Virus record (IMG/VR): IMGVR_UViG_3300044680_000280
Location: 186,001-250,000 of that record
DNA: 64,000 nucleotides
Reading direction: 5' to 3' (one strand)
A program made the position numbers and the translations under genes. Shown piece by piece: positions 58,512-64,000 of the stretch. The notes beneath the pieces are model-generated. The model made no database searches, was not told the origin of the DNA, and saw only the letters and a list, made by a program, of their open reading frames with translations. Numbering within the stretch: position 1 is the stretch's first letter; every line of letters starts with the position of its first letter.

Positions 58512-58702
58512 AAGGTTAGTGCGGTTTTGTGTCCTCCACGCTGACGACTTCGGTTCGGCAAGGACAGTCTTGAGTGGAGACCGCAAACTCGACTCATAAC
58601 CGGCTCTTGCTATCCGACGCCCGCTGCAAACGCTCCTAGACACTCGAGCAGAGAACATCAGCTCTCGAGCACGTTTCCATCGCCGTCTCTCAAACGACGA
58701 CT

Positions 58703-58776
58703 TAGAGCCCCAACTCGGAATTGAACCGAGACCGGCCGATTACGAAACGGCTGCACAACCTTTGTGCTATTGGGGC
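58703..58776 (-). tRNA. tRNA-Thr(CGT)
   Basis: Cloverleaf. Confidence 0.86.
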
Positions 58777-58783
58777 AAAAGTA

Positions 58784-58870
58784 TAGCTCCGAGAGAGGGA
58801 CTCGAACCCCCAGCGTCCTTTCGGACCTCCGGTTAACAGCCGGGCGCCTTACCGTTCAGCACATCTCGGA
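58784..58870 (-). tRNA. tRNA-Asn(GTT) with long variable arm
   Basis: CCGG-CTGTTAA-CCGG; V arm GTCC-GAAA-GGAC. Confidence 0.82.
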
Positions 58871-59200
58871 AAATAGGAAGGGTGTGTCTCCGCCCCCTTC
58901 GGGGCTTCAACACACCCGTCCCCAACGAACCCCGCCTTTACGGAGGAGCCCGTTTCACGAAACGAAACCAGGAGGGATGTCTTCCAATTCGTGATGCGGA
59001 TTGGTGGTCCGCACTTTTGAGCGCCCCGTTTGTCCCACCTGTCTTGTCGGTGGCTGGATACTATGGGCGCACGTTTTTCCTCCGACCAGAAGCATCGGAG
59101 GTATGGATGACGTTCGATTACCGTTTTCGCCGGGTCGAACTTCATCGGGTCCTGTCTAAATTTTCAAAGATCAGGAGAGCCCGAAGGCGCTCCCAATCAG

Positions 59201-59272
59201 TTCCGGGTGGAGGATTCGAACCTCTCGTAGGCGGCTTCAGAGACCGCTGTCCTACCATTGAACGAACCCGGA
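59201..59272 (-). tRNA. tRNA-Gln(CTG)
   Basis: Cloverleaf. Confidence 0.9.
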
Positions 59273-59314
59273 ATGCGTTACACGAAACTAAAATCCTATT
59301 TTACATTTGTGCAG

Positions 59315-59387
59315 TGGATCCGGAGGGAGTCGAACCCTCGACACATCGGGTAAGAGCCGAGTACTCTGGCCACTGAGTTACGGATCC
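59315..59387 (-). tRNA. tRNA-Lys(CTT)
   Basis: Cloverleaf. Confidence 0.9.
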
Positions 59388-59410
59388 ATGATTCGGTCTC
59401 ATCGACCGAG

Positions 59411-59483
59411 TGGACCCCGTGGGCATCGAACCCACAACCCTCCGGGTAAAAGCCGGCAGCTCTGCCAATTGAGCTAGGAGTCC
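59411..59483 (-). tRNA. tRNA-Lys(TTT)
   Basis: Cloverleaf. Confidence 0.9.
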
Positions 59484-59947
59484 TCTCTTTCTTTCGGCGC
59501 CGGTGTCACCGGCGCGGGCTTTTTGAGTTTCATGGGCAGTGGGTTTCCTTGAAAATGCGTGACTTTGAATTCCGTGTACTTGGAGCCGAGGCTGATTGTG
59601 GCTTGTCCTTGGACAGACACTGACGGTATTAGGTAGAGGGTACGGTCACCGGTTATGATGAACAACAGGTCGATTTGGGTGGGGTCGAAAACCTTCGTCT
59701 TACCCGTTCCGCTTTTGTTGCCACCCTTTACCCTCAGATCGGAAACCCATCCACCATAACGGTAACGGGTCGCCGTCTTTACCTGCACCTTTTGAAGCCT
59801 TCCCTGAATGTCTATGACGAGGTCGTAGTCCTGACTGTCCGTGAGGGGTATACAAACTGTGTACCCCTGCTCTGTAAACCAGCCAATGGCAATACCTAAC
59901 CCAGCATCTCCTTGCTTTTTCGAGTTCTTGTGATCTGTCAGTTTCAT
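59474..59947 (-). CDS. PD-(D/E)xK homing-type endonuclease (I-Ssp6803I-like family)
   Basis: QGDAG...GYTVCIPLTDSQDYDLVID...KVQVKT. Confidence 0.85.
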   Translation of the reverse strand: MKLTDHKNSKKQGDAGLGIAIGWFTEQGYTVCIPLTDSQDYDLVIDIQGRLQKVQVKTATRYRYGGWVSDLRVKGGNKSGTGKTKVFDPTQIDLLFIITGDRTLYLIPSVSVQGQATISLGSKYTEFKVTHFQGNPLPMKLKKPAPVTPAPKEREDS

Positions 59948-59954
59948 GTCTTCG

Positions 59955-60036
59955 TGGGGAATGGTGGAGTCGAACCACTTGCACTAGGCCACGGTGTTAC
60001 AGACCGCTAGGACTTCCACTGTCCCGAACACTCCCC
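59955..60036 (-). tRNA. tRNA-Tyr(GTA), possible 8/4 fold
   Basis: GGGGAGTG/CATTCCCC acceptor, GTGG/CCAC T stem, loop CTGTAAC. Confidence 0.8.
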
Positions 60037-60055
60037 GTGTTTTGATCCCTGAAAT

Positions 60056-60091
60056 GCGAAAGAGCCGCCGAGGTTTCCCAGGGCGGCTCTT
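60056..60091 (-). terminator. intrinsic terminator just upstream of the first tRNA (attenuator)
   Basis: AAGAGCCGCC-N12-GGCGGCTCTT-TTCG. Confidence 0.75.
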
Positions 60092-60126
60092 CAACGAGTC
60101 AAAGACTCAGTTTGCGATGCCGCCCC

Positions 60127-60294
60127 TTATTGTCCCACCTCCGGTTGGGCTAGTAAGGAGGTGGGATACATATTCGTAGGCTGGATCTTCGAAAAGTGAC
60201 GGAGGCTACCCTTCGTATCGACGACACAAGTCCCTGCCTTCGCTGATTTCAGCGATGCGCAGTTTCTTGTTTCGAGCGACCAAAGTATTGACAC
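60127..60294 (-). CDS. putative attenuator leader peptide (55 aa, all 20 amino acids)
   Basis: GGAG-N6-GTG start; stop immediately followed by GGGGCGGC, complementary to the terminator 5' arm. Confidence 0.55.
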   Translation of the reverse strand: MSILWSLETRNCASLKSAKAGTCVVDTKGSLRHFSKIQPTNMYPTSLLAQPEVGQ

Positions 60295-60380
60295 GTTGTT
60301 CTCCAAATGACCGCGAGTAGCGGGTGAAGTATGTTTATACAGCACGTGCACCGGTTGCGCAAGTGCTTTTCAGAAAAAAG

Positions 60381-61043
60381 TTAAGAGCCGATGTTCGAAA
60401 CCTGCACTTTGTTCATTCGACCCACGAACGGATTCAGTGAATCGAAGGTGATGGCCTGAGAACCGTACACCACCGCGACGGGCACGAAGGGGGTCCAAGA
60501 GCCGCCGCTGTAGGTGACCGTTTGAGCGACTCCGTTCACGTAAAACTCGAACGTTCCCGTTCCAGAGTTCCAGAACAGTTGGAGTTGGAGAGTCGCGCCC
60601 GTCGCGTAGGTTCCCGACGACTCCGAGTAGAGGACGTTCCCGTTGACGTCCGTTGCGACGAAGCCCGGACCGTTGGTACCCGAGAGGAAGATTCCGATGT
60701 ACTCCGTGGTGGGTTGAACGTTGCCAACGATAAACGCCAGACCCTGGGTGGCACTGGGAGCAATCCCCGCCGCGCAATCGACCTGAATCGACCCCTGCTT
60801 ACCGCTGAGCTGTCCAGTGAGCTCGAACTGACCGCCCGGTCCGTTTAGCTGAACGATACCCCCGGGGAGGAGCTGGGTGACGATCCACGGTCCAGGTGTG
60901 GGACTGATCGTAAAATTGGGGGACTGACCCGTCGCGATGTTGGGTACGAGGCCCGCGCTAGCTCTTCCAGCCAAGGGGAGCCCGTTGAAGCTGGTGTCAA
61001 CAATGAAACCAGCGGGTGAAATCATGAAGGGTGCGTCAGACAT
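60381..61043 (-). CDS. concanavalin/LamG-like beta-sandwich protein, probably structural
   Basis: Beta-rich; FWNSGTGTFEFYVNG pattern. Confidence 0.55.
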   Translation of the reverse strand: MSDAPFMISPAGFIVDTSFNGLPLAGRASAGLVPNIATGQSPNFTISPTPGPWIVTQLLPGGIVQLNGPGGQFELTGQLSGKQGSIQVDCAAGIAPSATQGLAFIVGNVQPTTEYIGIFLSGTNGPGFVATDVNGNVLYSESSGTYATGATLQLQLFWNSGTGTFEFYVNGVAQTVTYSGGSWTPFVPVAVVYGSQAITFDSLNPFVGRMNKVQVSNIGS

Positions 61044-61097
61044 GGGCGTTGTACCTCACCCATAGAAGTCATAAAAGTCTTTTGGCGATTCTAGGGT

Positions 61098-61748
61098 GTG
61101 AATCCTTACGATGCCGTACCCACCAAGGTAACGAAGGAGGCGTTCGAGTATCTCGAGAGTATTTCTCGAATCCCGACGACTCGTATCGCCGCCGAAGTCC
61201 CCAAATTCACGTGCAAGATCTTCAATTCCCCTTGGGATCAATTCGTTGAGTTATGGGCTCCCCGTATTTACAACTTTGTCGGAAACGCTCTAGGTCCGTA
61301 CGGAACGACCCCGAAACCCAACATCGAGCGTCTAACCGACGCCGAGCACATGGCGGGCGCCACGGCAAGTTTTGAACCCATTTCGGGTCAGGTTCGTCTC
61401 TCGACCTCGGTCGAGGGTAAAGAAGGGCAGACGCTCGAGAAGCTCACCCATGAGTTCATACACGGGTCATTGTCCCAATTCCCTGAGGGAGATCCATTTT
61501 ACGAGGAGGGGTTTGTTGATTACGCCGTGTGGGTTTTGGCACACGCGCCGTACTGGGATCCGTACCGACACTCTATAATCGATGCGGCAGCGTTCAACAT
61601 CAAAATGCGTCGAGACCGTGCCATGATGGACATGTCCGATTGGGATCGAAAGCGCTGGGCTGGCGGACTTTACGCATCGCTATCTAGAGGCCCGCTCATC
61701 GTTGCGTCACTACGTCATAAGAAGATGGAAAACAACTTCACGTGGTGA
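61098..61748 (+). CDS. gluzincin-type metallopeptidase
   Basis: THEFIHG...FYEEGFVDY. Confidence 0.7.
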   Translation: MNPYDAVPTKVTKEAFEYLESISRIPTTRIAAEVPKFTCKIFNSPWDQFVELWAPRIYNFVGNALGPYGTTPKPNIERLTDAEHMAGATASFEPISGQVRLSTSVEGKEGQTLEKLTHEFIHGSLSQFPEGDPFYEEGFVDYAVWVLAHAPYWDPYRHSIIDAAAFNIKMRRDRAMMDMSDWDRKRWAGGLYASLSRGPLIVASLRHKKMENNFTW

Positions 61749-62031
61749 CTTTGGGAATACGGACCTCCTCGATGACAAGATCCTCCCGAACAGAAAATGT
61801 GAAACCGTGAGGGTCGTGCCAGCGACCATACTTTTGACGAGCCCACTCGACCGCCTCGTCACGATAGGAGAACGCGGCAACAGGTTCGTTTGGATGCAAA
61901 CAAGCATTGAGCTTGATGAGTTGAATCGTGCCATTGTAAGCCCACGGGATACATGACTTGTAGAGGTCACGTTCCGCTGTAACCCGCTTTAGCTGGTCCC
62001 GTAGGTCAGCAATTTCCTGACTTGAATCCAT
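61738..62031 (-). CDS. hypothetical protein
   Basis: ATG 62031, 11 nt after GGTGTA. Confidence 0.65.
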   Translation of the reverse strand: MDSSQEIADLRDQLKRVTAERDLYKSCIPWAYNGTIQLIKLNACLHPNEPVAAFSYRDEAVEWARQKYGRWHDPHGFTFSVREDLVIEEVRIPKVTT

Positions 62032-62089
62032 GAGTTTAGGAATACACCGATCGACCTCCCGGTGTATGACAAACAAGAGGAGTACAATC

Positions 62090-62467
62090 ATGGAAGAAGA
62101 GCAGACGAAGACAGAGGAAACGCCGAAACCCCCGAGCTTTTACCGCAAGCACACGTTCTCGGTAAAGGGTCCGGGACGCAAGGAAACGAGCGCCTATCTT
62201 ATGTCAAGGCAAATTCTCCTACCTCATCCCGTGGGAAGGCAACCGCTGACGAAGGCGCAGATCGACAAGTACTTCACGGAAACTAGAAACCGCCGATTCC
62301 CAGAGCAGCGCGTGGCCAACCTCGAGTTGGTGCAACGTCAGCTCGACAAGGACACACGACGTCGTGCCCGCCTGAAGTTGGAGGGTAATGTCGTTGGAAC
62401 AGTATCCGCGACGAACCTAGACGAGAAGGTCTCGGGGGAAATTCAGACGATCGCGCAAGAGTCGTGA
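62090..62467 (+). CDS. hypothetical protein
   Basis: GAGGAG RBS, GGTGTA upstream. Confidence 0.65.
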   Translation: MEEEQTKTEETPKPPSFYRKHTFSVKGPGRKETSAYLMSRQILLPHPVGRQPLTKAQIDKYFTETRNRRFPEQRVANLELVQRQLDKDTRRRARLKLEGNVVGTVSATNLDEKVSGEIQTIAQES

Positions 62468-62751
62468 TTTCCGAACGCCCGTTACCTGAACCTTGGTGGG
62501 TCTACATTATCCAGGGGTCAGGTAACGGGCGTCTCTATACCGGCATCGCGAAGAACGTTGACAAACGACTGAAAGCCCACAACACGGGACGTGGGGCTAA
62601 GTTCACTCGAATCGGCGGCCCGTGGTTCTGTATCTACAGAAAGGAGTATCCCTCACACGGGGACGCCATCCGAGAAGAGATACGAATTAAAAAGCTGACC
62701 CGGGCGCAGAAGTTTCAACTGGCTCAAAGACCTCAAAGTCCTCTTCGATAG
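62464..62751 (+). CDS. GIY-YIG nuclease (UPF0213-like)
   Basis: WVYII...LYTG..RLKAHN.GRGAKFTR..EIRIKKL. Confidence 0.88.
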   Translation: MISERPLPEPWWVYIIQGSGNGRLYTGIAKNVDKRLKAHNTGRGAKFTRIGGPWFCIYRKEYPSHGDAIREEIRIKKLTRAQKFQLAQRPQSPLR

Positions 62752-64000
62752 TCATTGCCATGTTGCGTTTGATCTCCGCAATCTTGTGTTTGGCAAAAAC
62801 TCTCTTCGTTGCCAACTTGTGAAATTTGGGGTCTCGCTCGATTCCGATGAACTGACGGTTCTCTTCTGTAGCCGCCAGGCACGTCGTACCCGACCCGCAG
62901 TAAGGATCGAGAACGACTCCTCCGACCGGCGTGACCAACTTGACGAGGTATTTCATCAGAGAAATAGGTTTTACGGTTGGGTGAAAGTTGGCTTCCTTAG
63001 GCACGTAATCGAGGTGCTCCAAGTACTTCTCTGGGATGTACTGAACGACCCACTCTTCGACCGCGCGCCCTGACTCCAAGGAGAAAGACGTGTCGAGACT
63101 GTCGTCACCCGGATTGAGGGCCAACATATTTCCTAGGGTCGCCTCCTCGATCTCAAAAAGGAGCTCTTCCGAGACGTCTTCTTTGACAATGTGCTCCTTG
63201 AGCTTGCTCTTCGGGAGACCCTCATTGCGTTCCTCCCTTGACGCTTTCGCCGCATAGAAGAACGGGGCCGCCGGCATAAACTGAACGAAGAAGCGAGCCA
63301 TACCGCCCGCATCTTTCGCAGAAGCACTTTGGGCATTCATTGTGGCGACCGGGCAACCCTCGACACATGCATAAAGGGCGACTTCTTCCTTGCCCTCGGC
63401 ATCGCCTGTCTTCATGCTCGTGTACGCATGACCCGCCCCGTGACCGAAGGGCTTCATGCCGTCATCGAATCGATTGATGATCGGGGCATCCACCTTCGCC
63501 GTCCCCGTCTGAGTGCATCCCTCCGCATGGGTGAGAACCGCGTTTGCTGGCCAACGGCCGCCCTCCTTGACGTCGTTGGCGCCCGAAAGATCGCTACTGT
63601 TCTTCCAGGAGTTGCCGAGAGACCCACCCTTTGCCTTGAGGGCGGAGACCATAGCCCTGTGCTGCTCGAGGTCTTTGGCGTTCGCGTGCTTCACCCGCGT
63701 CCCGTCGATGTTGATTCCACCCGTTCCCGTCTGGACAATCTGATCAGCAAGGGTGCCGCTGAACGGCTTCCGCATGCAAAGGATGGGCTCCCAAGCCGGT
63801 TTCAGCGCCGTACCGTACCCCTCAAACTGGTCCGCCCTGGCGAGCAGTTTGGCCTTCAGCTCCGGGTCTTCCGCAACCGCGGCCCGCTTGCGTAACTCCT
63901 TGGAAATGTTCATGGACTTGGGAAAGCCTTGCGCTTGAATCCATTGTAGGCAAGGGGATCCAAAGTACGACGAAATGGTGTCTCGGTTGTCGAACCCTGC
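62687..64000 (-). CDS. N4/N6 DNA methyltransferase (5' part outside window)
   Basis: GFPKS, TALKPAWEPI, GRWPAN, HPTVKP, VLDPYCGSGTT; frame open to 64000. Confidence 0.9.
   Translation of the reverse strand, partial: AGFDNRDTISSYFGSPCLQWIQAQGFPKSMNISKELRKRAAVAEDPELKAKLLARADQFEGYGTALKPAWEPILCMRKPFSGTLADQIVQTGTGGINIDGTRVKHANAKDLEQHRAMVSALKAKGGSLGNSWKNSSDLSGANDVKEGGRWPANAVLTHAEGCTQTGTAKVDAPIINRFDDGMKPFGHGAGHAYTSMKTGDAEGKEEVALYACVEGCPVATMNAQSASAKDAGGMARFFVQFMPAAPFFYAAKASREERNEGLPKSKLKEHIVKEDVSEELLFEIEEATLGNMLALNPGDDSLDTSFSLESGRAVEEWVVQYIPEKYLEHLDYVPKEANFHPTVKPISLMKYLVKLVTPVGGVVLDPYCGSGTTCLAATEENRQFIGIERDPKFHKLATKRVFAKHKIAEIKRNMAMTIEEDFEVFEPVETSAPGSAF

Noticed and set aside
58849-59145. 98-aa minus-strand ORF between tRNAs
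   Set aside because: Runs through hairpins into tRNA-Asn and has no motif; coding status unresolved

Overview
A 64-kb segment of a large (jumbo-type) bacteriophage genome. The gene set and the Cys-rich lipoproteins are suggestive of a Myxococcota/deltaproteobacterial host, but that is inference. 1-28 kb is a minus-strand replication/recombination/transcription block: sigma-like factor, 5'-3' exonuclease, NusG-like protein, clamp-loader subunits plus a clamp-like protein, primase core, split Rad50 with Mre11, RecA, RuvC, SSB, RecD2, NAD ligase, class II RNR and GroEL. 31.8-60 kb is a minus-strand array of about 46 tRNA genes covering all 20 amino acids, many non-canonical, plus tmRNA, interleaved with accessory genes. 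Most notable: (i) an operon of TROVE/Ro60-like-vWA, E2-like, JAB, Ubl and E1 genes, followed directly by four related tRNA-mimic RNAs in two circularly permuted topologies (Y-RNA-like); (ii) a candidate attenuator heading the tRNA array, whose 55-codon leader uses all 20 amino acids and 44 different codons; (iii) a 270-nt RNA with tRNA ends and a structured insert of about 200 nt; (iv) a recurrent GGTGTA-N10/11-ATG motif, probably a phage promoter making leaderless mRNAs. All RNA structures were folded by eye and all protein calls rest on motif recognition, without database searches.
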